This document shows, one piece after another, positions 10,586-24,035 of a DNA stretch of 64,000 nucleotides (the stretch's first letter is position 1; each line of letters opens with the position of its first letter). The DNA comes from Felis catus. Its lineage: Eukaryota. Position numbers and translations under genes: made by a program. Below the pieces are notes generated by a model. The model saw only the letters and a program-made list of their open reading frames with translations, was not told where the DNA came from and did no database searches. The stretch covers positions 118,112,001-118,176,000 of the forward strand of contig NC_058368.1 in assembly GCF_018350175.1 (NCBI RefSeq). Direction: 5' to 3'.

Positions 10586-12699
10586 TTAGCAGCTTGTATA
10601 TCCTTCTACCCCTAGCTCTATGCTCAAATAAGGATATGGAAAAAATTTTTTTTTGTTCGGGATTGGGAGAATTACTGTTTGTTATTACAGTGGGACTATA
10701 TATTAGCTACTTCCCTACATCTTGCTTTCCTCACTTAACAATGTACAGAGGAAATTGCATTTAATATATTTTTAACCTAACATGGTCTATGCAAGTGCAC
10801 TGTGCCTAAGGAGGCTTTGGCTAAAGTTGCAGATGCCCGCGTATGTGTCAATTCCATTTTTTTTGAAACCATTTTTGTTAAGTTTGACTTTTTCCTGGGG
10901 AGCTTAAGTCAAGATACAAATGACTTTCTCAAATGTCCAGTCAGCCCGCTGCTGACCCTTTGGGCTTTTGTTGCCTTTGGGGTACGTTTCCGGACTTGAG
11001 CGTCTTTTAGATCCGGCTGACGTCCTACTACTGTTACAGGAATATTCCTCATGGTAGGTCTCAAAAGTTAAGTGTATGCGATTTCCTTTAGCAGGGGCCT
11101 GGGATGTGAGCTAATCTTTAAGTAAAGGAGAGAAGGGACAGTGATTAACATTCTCCCAACTCACTCAGGGACAGCTGTTCCGAACCTTTCCTTCCTGCTC
11201 GAAGCAGTAACTAGTTTTCAAGAGGAATTAAAAAAAAAATTTTTTTTTTTAAAGAAGAATATGGAGTTCTTCCAGGATTGCTCAACTTTTCTTTCTCTAA
11301 AGTAAAATACTTCAAACCATGTGCCAATCCAAATGTACTTTCTGTCTTCGTCTTCACTGGAAATGTGGACCATAAGATAAGACGCATAGCCCCTGGTATA
11401 TTGTTTTACAGAACTGGCCAGGAACAAGCCACAATTTCAGCTGCTTTGATTTCCCCTATGCTTTTTCAAGAGGAATGCTGAGGATATTTTAGGGAACGTG
11501 AGCTTCCGCAAACCCCTGTCATCTGACTACTCCTGGTGTGCAGGCTTCTTTGGCAGGATTACAGATTTGAGGTGGTGATTACCGTTTTGGTGATTGCATG
11601 CCTTTTGGGGGATCATTTTCTGATGAAAAAAATTTTTTAAAGCTGTCTTCCCATTCCCAGTATAAATTTAAGGTCCCGTGAATTTTAATAAATGTTTTAT
11701 TTGAAAACATAAATTACCCAATATACACATATCCTTCGGGTTAGGAGTGTTAAGATTTCATGATCCCGTGCCAAGGACATTCCCTTGTAGGAAGGACATA
11801 CCTTAGGTGGAGATAGAACTGTCTGTAGAGTCATGATGGCAGGCGGCGACCTCTGTCTAGCCATCCAAAGAAACAGAATCAACTCCGACACGGTGGTTGC
11901 AGACATCACCGCGCAAGCATCTTACATTCACAGAGATTATGTATTTAAAATTTATTGAAGATAATGCAGAGGGCCCCTTTAAAAAATATAGGGTGTATCG
12001 GTTTGACTAACCCCATAGTTAAATTGTGTATTATAGGTGGATCACGTTGTAGGTGAAGAAACAGGAAAGATGCGCTGGTCCCTTGTAGTCTTTTACATTC
12101 TAGAAGAAGTAGTCACCAAAAAGATAAAAAGGAAACTTAGTAAAATGTTAAATTTTTTCAAGATACCTTTTTTTTTTTTAAGTAAAAACTGCTTTTAGGG
12201 GGCAAATCATAAAAATGCAAGTTAACACAGAATCACGGAAAGTGAAAACAGAAGTCACCTTGCCCAAATTACACTCCCCAGTAACTACTATTTCTCTGAG
12301 CTGGTAGAATTAAGAGAACGTGATTTGGTGCTCCTGTGGTCTAAATAAGGGCTAGCTATAAATGATGTCAACTCAATCCTTTGGAAAAGGAAAACATTAA
12401 TTTTGAAACCATTTTTTTTCATGTATTTATCCGGATAGTCATTTGGAACAAAGAAGAGCATTGGGGTGGGGAGATAGGGCTGGGCTTCTGGGACCCCTGC
12501 TTTGTGAAAGCGATTCCTTTTTTGTCCATTTTACGTATTCCTGTTTTGCCCAAGACTGTATGTTTTTTTGCGGGGCAGGAAGGTGGAAGCATTCTGTTGC
12601 TGCTAAAAACTGTTTGAAAATAATAATTTTCTCTAGAGGACAGCTCATTTTTCTACAGTTTTTAAAATGCACTAGTTTTAATGTTGCCTTGTCTAGTAG

Positions 12700-12889
12700 T
12701 ATTTTATTTCATTTTGAATGTGTATTTTAGAAAGAGAGTGCACAAGCGGGTGAAAGGGGCAGAGGGAGAGAGAGACAGTCTTAAGCAGCACGGAGCGTGA
12801 TGCAAGGCTGGATACCATGACCCTGGGATCACGACCTGAGCCAAAATCAAGAGTCAGACACTCAACTGACTGAGCCACCCAGGAGCCCT
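12700..12889 (-). mobile_element. CanSINE (older)
   Basis: TSD ctagtagtattt. Confidence 0.9.
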
Positions 12890-14087
12890 GCCTAGTAGTA
12901 TTTTATCTGAGCCTTATGGGAGCCAAGTTGCACTTATCCTCTGAATACATTATTGCAAAGGTACCTACCTTCGAATTAATACAGATTTTGAATCTTCTAA
13001 GAGTTGCCCATCCTTGGGAAATAGTTTCTCATGTTGAGAATCAAGAGAAAAAACAAGCACTGAATGCCCTAACGTCTATCTATATTACAAATCACCTAGA
13101 GCTCTGAGAACAGTTTTCTGTAGGAAAAACCACAGTGGCCATTCACATAAAATGTTAACTTGGAGTGGTTGACAAATGCTACTAGACCGTAGGTGTGATC
13201 CAACATATTATGTTTGTGGAGTGAGGGAATCGGAGATCTTCCTTCCTATTATCAATCGTTTCCCTTTTCTCATTCTGATAAAGCGTTCTTTCCTTGGGTT
13301 TTAACCAGTGACATGGTGCAGAATTAGATCCACATGTGCTGCTTTTTCCATTCTGTTTATTTCCAGTTGCTTTTTCTTTCAGTCTGAAGGAAAGGGAATT
13401 GAATGTCAATCTTGGATTGTGTACATCAAATCTGTTGGAGAATCTTTTATATAACCAATACTCTATCCTCAGTAACTTCGAGTGCTGAAGTTACACTAAA
13501 ATATTCGTTATAATCCTCATTTTCCTTTGCCTCTAATTTTCCAATAAGGTATCCTTTTGGACTGAAACTTTCCATGCTTGGTTTCAACTCAAAGGTGAGT
13601 TTATTTTGGAAAGTTCATACTAATTTAATTCAGGGACTTGGAAGGGATGTGAGAGTAAAAATATACCTTCTACTCTACAAATAAATGTAAGACTTCGGTC
13701 ATAGATAACTCCGGAGAGGCCAAGCAGCGGAACAATAAACAGGTCTCAGAAAAATCCCTGTTAAACTGATGCAGGTTGAAGTGATTAACCCACATTTCCT
13801 GAAGGCACTGAACAGATTGGAGCTCCTTGAGGCTCTGTGGTCTCTTCCGAAGGACAGTGGCCACAACAGGGCATTTCAGGACCTGGGTGGATGGAAGAGG
13901 TGAGATATTTAGTTTGGATCCAGGCAGACTACTTAGTGGTCTACAAAGTCCTAAAACATACTGATTATTGTTGAAGGCTCTTCTTCGGCAACAGGGGCTA
14001 GCTGATACATCACAAACACAAAATTACCCGAGCCCGTAACGTGATGTTTGTGGCTAGCACGCCGCGATGTTGAAATGTCATTATCTA

Positions 14088-14350
14088 GAGCTAGGTTTCT
14101 CCACCTCAGCACCGTGGACATTTTGGGCAGATAAATTCTTTGTTGGCGCTGTAGGTTCTGACGAGTGCATTGTAGGATATGTCCAGAGCCCTGGGCTGTA
14201 CCTGCCAGGTGCCAGGAGCAAGCTGCTCTCTGCCCACCCTCCCCTTTTCCTGCTCCACCCCTCTCCGCCCCAGTCATAACAGTTAAAAATTTCTCCAGAC
14301 ATTGTCAAATGTCCTTAGTGTAGGGAAGAGCCCCCAGCTGAGAACAACTG
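14088..14350. mobile_element. MER20 (hAT-Charlie) MITE
   Basis: ggtttctccacctcagcacc..gacattttgggcagataa..gcattgtaggat..ctccagacattgtcaaatgtcc..cccccagctgagaacaactg. Confidence 0.85.
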
Positions 14351-14664
14351 GTACCACTTTGAGTGCAGACCCATCTGAGCAAGGTACTTGCACCAGACTG
14401 GAATCCATGTAGTGGGAAATCTGGCATTTCAAATGAGGTCTTCCTAAAAAGTAGAGTTGGCATCGCAAAGAAGTAGCCCTCCTGTTCAAAGCTGCCCTCC
14501 CTGACTTGTGCCTTTTGCCCCCTCTCTGTTCTGTTGCTTTTGGGGACTAGGTCAATTCCTTTAAAATTTTTTTTCCTCTTGAATTGTTGCTTCTCCACTG
14601 AAGCCTTTCCGTGAACTTTCAAGTATTTCCATCTTAGATGGCATTAGCTGCTCTAATTATTATA

Positions 14665-14752
14665 CTTTCTAAAGAAGTAATCTCTCTGCCCAACATGGGG
14701 CTCAAACTCATGACCCCGAGATGCTCTACTGACCGAGCCAGCCAGGTGCCCT
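14665..14752 (-). mobile_element. Short old tRNA-like carnivore SINE with internal deletion
   Basis: agtaatctct..ggggctcaaactcatgacc..gagccagccaggtgccc. Confidence 0.8.
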
Positions 14753-14794
14753 TCGGTATTATATTTTTTAATGTAAAAAAGAGCATTCACTCAC

Positions 14795-15050
14795 ACTGTC
14801 AACAAAAGCTAGTACTAACCACAGCTGATGTACTGAGTATGCCTGTGCCCACTCTGCTCTAAGACCTTGTGCGCCTTTTCTGTCTTTATGGATGTCACTC
14901 TCTTGCGGGTACTGTTCTTATCCTCATTTTCCAGGTAAAGAACTAAGACACAGTGAGGTGAACTAACTGGTCCCAAATCTCATAGAAGTAGCACAAAGCG
15001 GGTTCGAGCCTGGATTCCTGAGCACCTCCCTGTCTTAACTGCTCTGCCAT
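14795..15050 (-). mobile_element. MIR
   Basis: Core tatcctcattttccaggtaaagaactaagacacagtgaggtgaactaact. Confidence 0.75.
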
Positions 15051-15124
15051 CCTGTCTGTCCATCCCACACATCTCTGTAAGGCCTCCTCACAATTATTAT
15101 ACGGTAAAGTTTTAAAATGTGCCT

Positions 15125-16045
15125 TTACGAATCCAACGAATACTTGTAAGTATGACAAGGGATCCATCCCGTACACTGGGTGATGCAGTGACGAACATGG
15201 TGTGATCCCTGCTCGCAGTGTGGTCAGCGGTCAGAAGATGTAAACAGATGTGAACATCGTAGAACAGTGCAAAGTGTGAAATGGTTACTCTCGTGAAAGT
15301 ACGAGCCAAGGACTAGTGGCGTAAAGAGCCTCTAGAGATGGTTTAACCTGGAGGAGGAGGAGGGAAGCGTGCAAACGCCCTGGAGGGAGAATACTGTATG
15401 CCTCCTATGAGACCGTATTGTATGGGAGGTACCACATTAGGTGTGAGGTAACACGCTTACAGTCCAGTGCAGGGGCCAGAATGAATCAGATGATCACACA
15501 CATTTAGGTGGGAGTTGCTAAATTTCAAAGGGATATGGTACCATGGGAGTATGTGAATGAGACGGGACTAATTTTTTTGAAGAGGAGGAGGTCTGGGAAA
15601 GTTTTCCTGAGGCAATGATGCCTGACCTGAAAGCCAAAGAATGAGTGAGCATCCTTGCATTAGCCAGGTGCAAGGGGCATATGGATGCATGAGCATGTGT
15701 GTGAACATGTGTACGTGCACATTGTAGGGGGGGGGGGATAAGGATACTTGCGGTAGAGGGACCAGCAGGTGCAAAGGTCCTGAGGTTAAAGAGAACACAA
15801 GGAGCATGAGCCACTAGAAGCCTGTGAGACTTTAAGACAGAGAGTGAGAGAGGGCAGGGGCCAGAGCGTGCAGGGCGGCCTTGTGGGCCATGGTAAAGAT
15901 TTTAGTCTTTATTGGAAGAGCAAGGGATTGGAGGGAGATGGATGACATCATCTGATTTGAGTTTTCAGAAAATCCCTCTGGCTACAGTATAGAGAGTGGA
16001 TTGAAAGGAGCCTGAATAGATTTGGGGTCATTGTGATAGTTCAGA
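15125..16045 (-). mobile_element. L2 fragments
   Basis: caacgaatacttg..gatgcagtgacgaac..; ggccttgtgggccatggtaaagattttagtcttt motif. Confidence 0.65.
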
Positions 16046-16174
16046 CGATGGAGCACAGAGGCCCACAAGCACGTTTGTTCTTGTTCTTTTTTGCTGAAAT
16101 GTTTTGCTCTTTTGTAAGTCAAAAAAAAATTTGTTAAAAGTAAATGCAAATCTAATGGAGTCCCCCCCTTCAGC

Positions 16175-16487
16175 CTGGTGATTCTGTGCCTGCTAGCTTT
16201 TGGTAGTTGCTGACAGTCCTTGGCATGACTTGGCATTCCTTGACTTGTAGATGTATCGCTCGAATCTCTGGCTCTGTCTTCACATAGCGTCTTCCTCCCT
16301 GTGTGTCTTTGTGTCTTTCCTCTTATAAGGACACTAATCATTGGATATAGGGCCCACCCTCAGCCAGTACGATCTCATCTTTATTTAAGGAATTGCATCT
16401 GTCAGGATCCTATTTCCTAATAAAGTCACATTCTGTGGTTCCAGGTAGACATGCATTTGGGGTGGGACACTGTTCAGCCCAGGATAC
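16175..16487 (-). mobile_element. ERVL-MaLR LTR (MLT1B/C-like), partial
   Basis: cttataaggacactaatcattggat..gggcccaccct..ttcagcccaggataca. Confidence 0.8.
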
Positions 16488-18669
16488 AGATCAGGTTGAC
16501 ACTGTGTCAGGACGTTGTTTCGGAGCTTAATTTTAAACAGAAGAGATGTGCAAAGAGTTCTTCCAGAAGAGCATCCTGGAGTGAAAAGCACTGCGTAGAA
16601 GTGAGTGGCCTCTCCCTTTAGACAGGCAGAGACTCTCTCTGCTTGTCACTTGCCTGCCTCGGTCATTTATGTATCTGGCTGGCTCCCATAGATGTTTGAG
16701 TTTGTGGCCTCAGAGTTAGATTCAAAAGTGAACATTATGATGTGGAAAGAACTGGAGGCCGCTGGGGAGTGTGTAACAAGGGACACAATTTAGTAAACAT
16801 TGCTGGATGGGTGAACGCCTCTCTTAGAATGCGGCAGGGTATTTCTGGCAGCTTCATCTCTGGAAGACCACAGATGATGTCTATTATATCCTCATGCATC
16901 AGCCATTACCTTGGAAATAGGCCATCCTAACAGCGTGTCAAGGAAGTTATTATAGGGAATTATTTCAGCCAGAAGAGATCTCTGCAAAGCAATCTGTTCC
17001 AGTCTACTGTGCCATGGAGTGGTCCCCATGTCCCTGATTTTTTGCTAGAAATGCAGCAGCAAACAGCATGAAGCCTACACCTGTCATGAGCTAATGTGCA
17101 ATTCCTGCCAAGGTTTGCACTTGGGTTCCATTAACAGGATAGAAGAGACCTTCCAGGGAAGCATGTTAATGTTTAACCCTTTACCCACAAATTCTCTCCC
17201 TCTCCCGGAGAAATCTGCCACTTGCCAAACCACCACCAGGCCACTTGGGATTTTGCTTTTGCAAAATGGCTTGGTTTTGGAGGCAGACTAGAGAAAGGAA
17301 AGTTAATGGGAACTGACCTTCAAGTGCAAGGTCCACAGGACTTTTAAAAAAAAAAAATCAAGGAAGAATGAGCTGAGCTTTGGCCTGGAAAGTGTTCATT
17401 GGCAGAAATGATAAAGCTGAGATGAGAACTAAATCTCATTAGTGTCAGATGTCTCCTTTCTCTCCAGCTGCAGGCAGAGCAGAACCTAGAGATGTCTGGG
17501 TGGGAGGTTAGCAGATCTGAAGCTTCAAAATAACCATCCACTGTCTCTGTGTATAGCAGGGAGTAGGGGCAGTATTCAGATGGGGATCTGTGTCTCACTG
17601 TGAATTTTTCTACCATGAGATGCGGCAGGGGCGACTGGTGGCGAATACCCCTCCCTATGCCTAACCTTTGTAGACAGGGGAATGCTCCCTGTCCAGTCTC
17701 AGTTGGAATAAGTATAGTTAAGGGGTACAGAGGCTAATGGTTGTGTTATCATTTGTTGAGGAGGAGCTGAGTGCCTGGAAGAACAACTCCTGGCAAGGGC
17801 TGAGGCTTGGGGTACTTGTTCAGAAACCAGAGCTCATGGACCTGGGAGACCGGGTGGAAGAAAATTCAGGGTTAGGAGATGAATTCTGGAGAGTATCAGG
17901 AAATAAAGAAACTCTGAAGTAGAGGGTCTATTCCAAGAGGAGACTAATTCATAGAACACAGCTATGCATGCAGTAGGCTCCCAGGAAATGATTGTGGAAA
18001 GAGTGAATGAATGGAGAAATTATGCTGGCAGTCTCCTGTGGCGGAGGAGAGTTACTTTATTTTGTTTCTTGTATGTGAAGGGGAGGGAGTCCCATTGCTA
18101 AAAAGGATGTACCTGATATATTTAAAGGTCTTAAAATTATTTCTCATTATGTAAGTGATACAGAAATACATTATTCTTATAAACAGAGCCAGAGAATTTC
18201 ATTTAAGAAGGTCTTCTTTATCCATTACCCCAAATTTTGGGGTGTGTGTGTGTGTATGAGTGTTTGTGTATGAAGGTTCTAGGGAATTTCCAGGCAGCAT
18301 CTTGGCCACAAGATTTTTTATCTCATAACCAGTTGGCTCTAAGGCAGTTTTGCCTTAAAAGATAAAAAATAACCTGGTTGACAGTTTGGTTTGACAGTTG
18401 GTTGGGTTAATCAACTGGTTGACAGGTTGGTTTCATTTTTCTCCTTGACGTGGTACTCCTATTTTTATATTATATAAATCTTAGCCATCATAATGGTCTA
18501 TACACTGTTGCAGAGTTTTGAACCCACGTTTCCTCAACTGTAGAACGTCTATCAACATTCCAATTTGATAGTCCACCGAGAGCAAGCACCAGTGTAGAAG
18601 GCTTTCACAATATAATACAAAGCTCAGGTACGAATAAGCATTCGAGTATCTGAAAAGTGATACTTCTCT

Positions 18670-18915
18670 CTCTCTCTTTTTTTTTTTTTAATGTTTTTAT
18701 TTATTTTTGAGAGAAAGAGAAACAGAGAGAGCGAGTGGCGGGGGGGGGGGGGGGGTGCGGCTACAGAGAGAGACACACACACACAGAATCTGAAGCAGGC
18801 TCCAGGCTCTGACCTGTCAGCACAGGGCCAGATGCGGGGCTCGAACTCATGAGCTCTGAGATCATGATCTGAGCCGAAGTCAGATGCTTAACTGACTGAG
18901 CCACCCAGGTGCCCC
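18670..18915 (-). mobile_element. CanSINE
   Basis: TSD aaagtgatac(t/c)tctct. Confidence 0.93.
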
Positions 18916-19195
18916 AAGAAAGTGATACCTCTCTTAATGAAGAAAGAAATGTTAGAGGAAAAAGTGTGATGCAGAGTGAGGAGATGAGTCAACAAGCAGA
19001 AAAATAACGTATAATACTATGGACAAAACCCTTTGAAGACACGTGCTTACGGGCAGTCGACAAAATAAAATCGGTTATTTGTACACAGCTACCATGAATC
19101 TACACTATACGTTGTGAATGTATTAGAATATTTTGTGTTTTGAGATAAAGTCTTAAGTTTTGTTATTCATTTTTCGTGTTTCATTATGTAGTTAA

Positions 19196-19407
19196 AAAAT
19201 TTTTTTTTAATTTATTTTGAGAGAAAGAGAGTGAGAGAGACAGAGGGTGAGTGAGCACGAACAGGGGAGGGGCAGGGAGAGAGAAAGAATTCCAAGCAGG
19301 CCCTGCACTGTCAGCCAGGTGCGGGGCTCGAAACCATGAACTGGGAGATCATGACCTGAGCTGAAACTAAGAGTCGCTGATTAACCGACTGAGCCACCCA
19401 GTCGCCC
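19196..19407 (-). mobile_element. CanSINE
   Basis: TSD ttcatt(a/g)tgt(a/c)gtt. Confidence 0.92.
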
Positions 19408-19547
19408 TTCATTGTGTCGTTTATGATACATGTCACTCTATTATTTTTCCTGATTTTATCTTTTGTGGCAAAATTGCCTTACAGCTGATCAGTTATGTGG
19501 TGTAAGTGTTTGCGGTAAAAATGCTTGTAGTTAAAATGCTTGCAGCA

Positions 19548-19738
19548 GGGGTGCCTGGGTGGCTTAGTTAAGTGTCTGACTTCAGCTCAGGGCATGATCT
19601 TATGGTTCTTGAGTTTGAACGCTGCATGAGGCTGTCTGCTGTCAGCCCAGAGCCCGCTTCGGATCCTCTGTCCTCCTCTCTCTCTGCCCCTCCCCTGCTC
19701 GTGCATGTGCTCTCTCAAAAATAAATAAAAACATTTTA
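19548..19738 (+). mobile_element. CanSINE
   Basis: TSD aaatgcttgcagca. Confidence 0.92.
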
Positions 19739-20826
19739 CAAATGCTTGCAGCAAAGATGCTTATGGGGGAGAATTCTGGACGTGATGTGTGAGTATGCCC
19801 ACGTCACCATGAATACCCAAATCTGCTCATTTGTGATCACTTCATATGTTGTGGAGGATGTCCTGACTGTATGCAGGGAGGGTTCCTAATGGACTTTGTC
19901 TCTGTCATGTGATGAGGGATTGGTTTTCCCTTCTATCTGAGCTGAGGTTGGAGCCTCCATCCGTGGAATCTAACCCACCCACTCTATTAAGTGACAAAGA
20001 CTGTGGTTCTATTTCAGAGACAGAAGGAGTCTGGTCACTTTGGTGATACCTGTCAAACCTAAGGCATTTTGCTTTTCTGCCCTGTCCACCAAATTGCTGT
20101 ATAACCTCTTTGGTGCCCTGTACTGCCTAGCATAAGGTCTGCGCATCATTTGTGGTCCACCTTAATATCTCACCAGTAACATCCTAATAATCTTGAAAGC
20201 ATTCTCTAACATGAATGATCTCTGCAGGTAACAAATGCGTGCACTGCCATTTCTTACTGTTTCTGTGTATGCCCGACTGCATACTCCTGAACCAGTGAGC
20301 TTGGTGCTGAAGAGACAGGGAAAAGAGGTTATAAGCAATGGGAATATTTTCCTTTCACTGGATCTTTGAAATACTGGAATAAATGCAGGTTTGATTTTTT
20401 TTTAATACCCTTAATGAAAACTCCTCAGTGATTACTTCTAAATAGACAATTTACCACTTCTTAAAAGTCTTCAAAGATGACACCAAGGGACATGTTATTA
20501 TCAGTTTTCCCTTCTTCTCTTGTCATCTTTGACAGACGTCTCTCAGGCAACTTAGTGTACTGAAACAATTTGAGTTTCAGGGAAACTCTTTAATATGCCT
20601 CTCATATTTTTATGTGCCTTGCATATTGCTGTCCGGGGCCAGGAATCTTCAAAGAGAAGGCTTGCCAGCATTATGTCACTAAAGAAATCAAAGGCTTCTT
20701 TCTTTTTTAATTTACTGAATCTCAGTACTTGTAAATTTCTCGCTTTGTATACTGAAATCCCCTCAAATCATAGTATTTCTATACCACTGAATCTGCTTTG
20801 GCTTAACTTTATATGAATGTCAAGGT

Positions 20827-21020
20827 GTTTTTTTTTTTTAATGTTTATTTATTTTGAGGTGGGGGATGGGCAAAGAGAGAGAGGCAGAGAGAGCATTCCA
20901 AGCAGGCTCCGTGCCATCAGCACAGAGCCCGATGCAAGGTAGATCTCATGAACCATGAGATCATGACCTGAGCCGAAATCAAGAGTCAAACGCTTGATGG
21001 ACTGAGCCACCCAGGTGCCC
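20827..21020 (-). mobile_element. CanSINE
   Basis: TSD gaatgtcaag. Confidence 0.92.
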
Positions 21021-23865
21021 ACGAATGTCAAGTTTTTAAACCTTGTTATGTATTTTTCCTTGTCATACCTCAGGGTCACCTTCATTTGTCAGATGGAACG
21101 AACACCCCTTTCCTCTTTATGCTGGCTATGTATACAGGCTCTGGAGCAAAAGAAGTGACTTTGAGGTTTGCTCCATTCCTTACCAGCTGTCTCCTGGGTT
21201 GTCGTCCAAAATTTTGGGGCACTAGGTTTATCACTTGCAAATGCTGATAGTGATAGTATCCACATTGTAAGTATACTGTAAGAATTAATGAGGTAGCGTC
21301 TGTAAAATATAATGCCAGCCACATAATAAGAGCTCAAACACGAGGGTGAGGATGGTGGGGATGACGGTGTTGAGTATGTGAGAAATCACCAGGCAGGAAG
21401 CTGAAAGAGGAAGGTGGGAGCTGGGGGCAGATGGGCAGCAGATAATTGCTACTTTTCCTCTTCCTCAGTTTTGTACGGCTGTGCTCTTCTTGCTGGTCCA
21501 CAAGTGATGAGTCCAGAACTTGTCCTTTTTCTGATGTTTTTAGGTGGCTTCCTAGAAAGCTTTGAAGCCAAGACCTACACTAGATAAGATTTTCCAAAAA
21601 CTGACAATTCTTTTTATAAATTGGGTACAATACATATCACACCCTTTCCCTCGCCCCTGATTCTCGTTGAAAAACTGCACACCTGGGTTTTAAGGGAGCT
21701 TCTTGGGTCTGCTTCAGTAGCACAGATTTAAGAGCCCATGTATTGGCTATTCACTGGACGTTGAGAGTGACAGGAGGTCTCAGAGACGATTAGCTAAGGC
21801 AATTAAAAATAATTGTGGAACTCAAGACCTGTGAAGTCTTTCATATGGCCTGAGTTGCTCAAACCACCGAGTCTGTCTTTGGAGGGTTTCCTTATTATTT
21901 GTATCAGCTGCCGATAATTTTCTGAGAAATCACTTCATATAAATCAAGAGAATAGAAAGAGGGTGGAAATGTCTCCCTGAAAAAGGTGTTCCTCTAGCCC
22001 TCCCTCCCCTGGCCCAAATACTTGGCAACTGCCAGAGTTAACATAATCTTTTGCAAGATTTCAGACCAAGCTGATGTGGTCTTGAGGTTGAGTGATTTCC
22101 TCTCTTTGTTCCTTCTATTTTCATCTTCTGCCTTGGCCCAAGCACCTGAAAACCCATGTAATCTATTTTGCTATGCTAGTGGTTTTCAAGCTTTTTGAGT
22201 TGTTTGTTGATATTATTATTATTTTTTTTGATCTGACACCCCAATCTACAGGCAGGACCTGGAGGTAGGAACAAACACACACTGGGCATAGCTATAGATA
22301 GAACACAGTTTGAAAACCAAGGTAATAGGTAGCTTTACGCAAAATCCAAACGGGTAGAAACACGATCATTTGACTGTAAGACCAGTGGATTCTTTCCCAA
22401 GGTGGGTTTGCTATGCATCTTGACTGATGGCATGTTCAGCTTCCCACCTCGCAGGAAATAGGTTGTTTCTTACCAGGCAGTGGAATTTTTTAATGGCTAT
22501 CAGACAGGGTTTCCTTCTGGTCCATTGCTCTCTTGTTTAAGTTGGACCTGCAGAGCTGAAACCACATTGCTGCCATCTCCTGAACCTTCTATGGTGTGCA
22601 CTTTGCGCTTGCTTTTTCTTTTCTTTGTCTCCGAGGAAACCAGTATTCCTCACAAGCATATTTTATGGTTGACATGAGATTCTTGGAGATCTTTCCCCCT
22701 ATTTATTTGCAGAACTAAAGTACATGCCAAACCAGGGAGCTGGTTTCATTTTCATTCTCATTCATTCTGGAAGTTGAAAAGATGGAAGGAAGGAGGGTGG
22801 AGAAGGCTCAAGGGTGCTGCTGTAGAAGAGACTGTGAACCCGGAAAGGACAGCAGCGGGGTCTGGGATTCACATAAGATTAGGGCAGAACAGAGGGAAGG
22901 GCCCCCGGGGTCTGACTGAGCTGGTGCACAAAGATGATCAACTGGGAAATCCCAAGAATGAATTCCCCTTCACAGAAGGGAATTGCTTCTCAGCTTACTG
23001 GGGCACCGATAGAGGGTGTCATCGTCTGCACCAAACACGGCAGAGTATCTAGTCTGCCTTGCCTGAGGCAAGGTATTGGGATGACTGTTTGGGCCAGAGT
23101 GTAATTCAGAGCCGCTTATCTCCTTTCCCATGGAGCATGTTGGTGTAATGAGAAGAGAAGATGAACCAAACTGTCCCATGACCATCTCCAGAATCACTTT
23201 CCAGCAGCTTTTCGTGCCACTCTCTTTTTCTCATTGCCTTGGAGGGAATAATTGCAGGCTTGGTAGAAATTTCTTCCTGCTCGTGGGTGAGAATTCCCTG
23301 GCCTCTATGGTGGGTCTCTCCTGCCAACCTTAACTTACTTGTTCAGGTGGTTATGCCCTTGGCACAGATTTCAGTGACTTTATTTCTTATCCATACTAAG
23401 TGAAGATGGCTGTGCTCTGTATGTTGTAATCAAACAACTAGATAAGGATAATGCATGGAGCAAAGGCTTTTGGCAAGTCTGGTAAACGTGTTGATGTTTA
23501 CCCACTTCCTCTCGATGGAAATTGTCTATGCAAGTGACTGTGTCTTGCTTGTGATCGTTAGTGTGTGTGTTAATTCCCGCAACTGTATTTTATAAATCCT
23601 GCATTTCACAGAAGGGAGCCAAACTCGTCTTCTCATGGTTTGTTAGCTTTTAGACTAGAGCTACAGATGCATGTTTATGTGTTTTCTTGCTGCGGCTATT
23701 TTCAGTGTGAGCTCTGTGTTTGATACACCCTTAGCACTCAACACAGTGCCTCAAATGAAGGTTGTAATAGGTGGATGGAGGGAGGCAAGGAAGGAAGGAA
23801 GAAAAAAGAAGAAAAGCTGGATGGAGAGAAAGAAGGAAGGGTTCCATGGATAGCTGTGATAGAAG

Positions 23866-24035
23866 AGTGCTTTTTAAACTCAAGAGTGCCGACGAAGCCT
23901 CAGCAGAGCTACTTTAAGAAAATGTGGATTCCTGAGCCCCATTCCCAAGAAACTTCAGTTCGGCACTCAGCACTCTTGACAAGGGCCTCTGGTGGTTTTG
24001 ACGCAAGTAGTCCATGGGCCTCACACTGAGAATCG
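23866..24035. mobile_element. MER5-like hAT-Charlie MITE
   Basis: agtgctttttaaact..gattcctgagccccattcc..ccatgggcctcacactgagaatc. Confidence 0.6.

Larger units (their letters stand above)
18275..19785 (+). mobile_element. MULE/MuDR (Ricksha-like) DNA transposon fossil with transposase C-terminal remnant, interrupted by three SINEs
   Basis: Imperfect TIRs (agcatcttggccacaag versus the reverse complement of cttgcagcaaagatgct). 18517-18965 translates as FEPTFPQL*NVYQ../PPRASTSVEGFHNIIQSSGTNKHSSI*KVI[SINE]PLLMKKE, which resembles the MULE 'P.FP..WN..RTNN.VEG.HN..H..IWK' motif. Confidence 0.75.
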
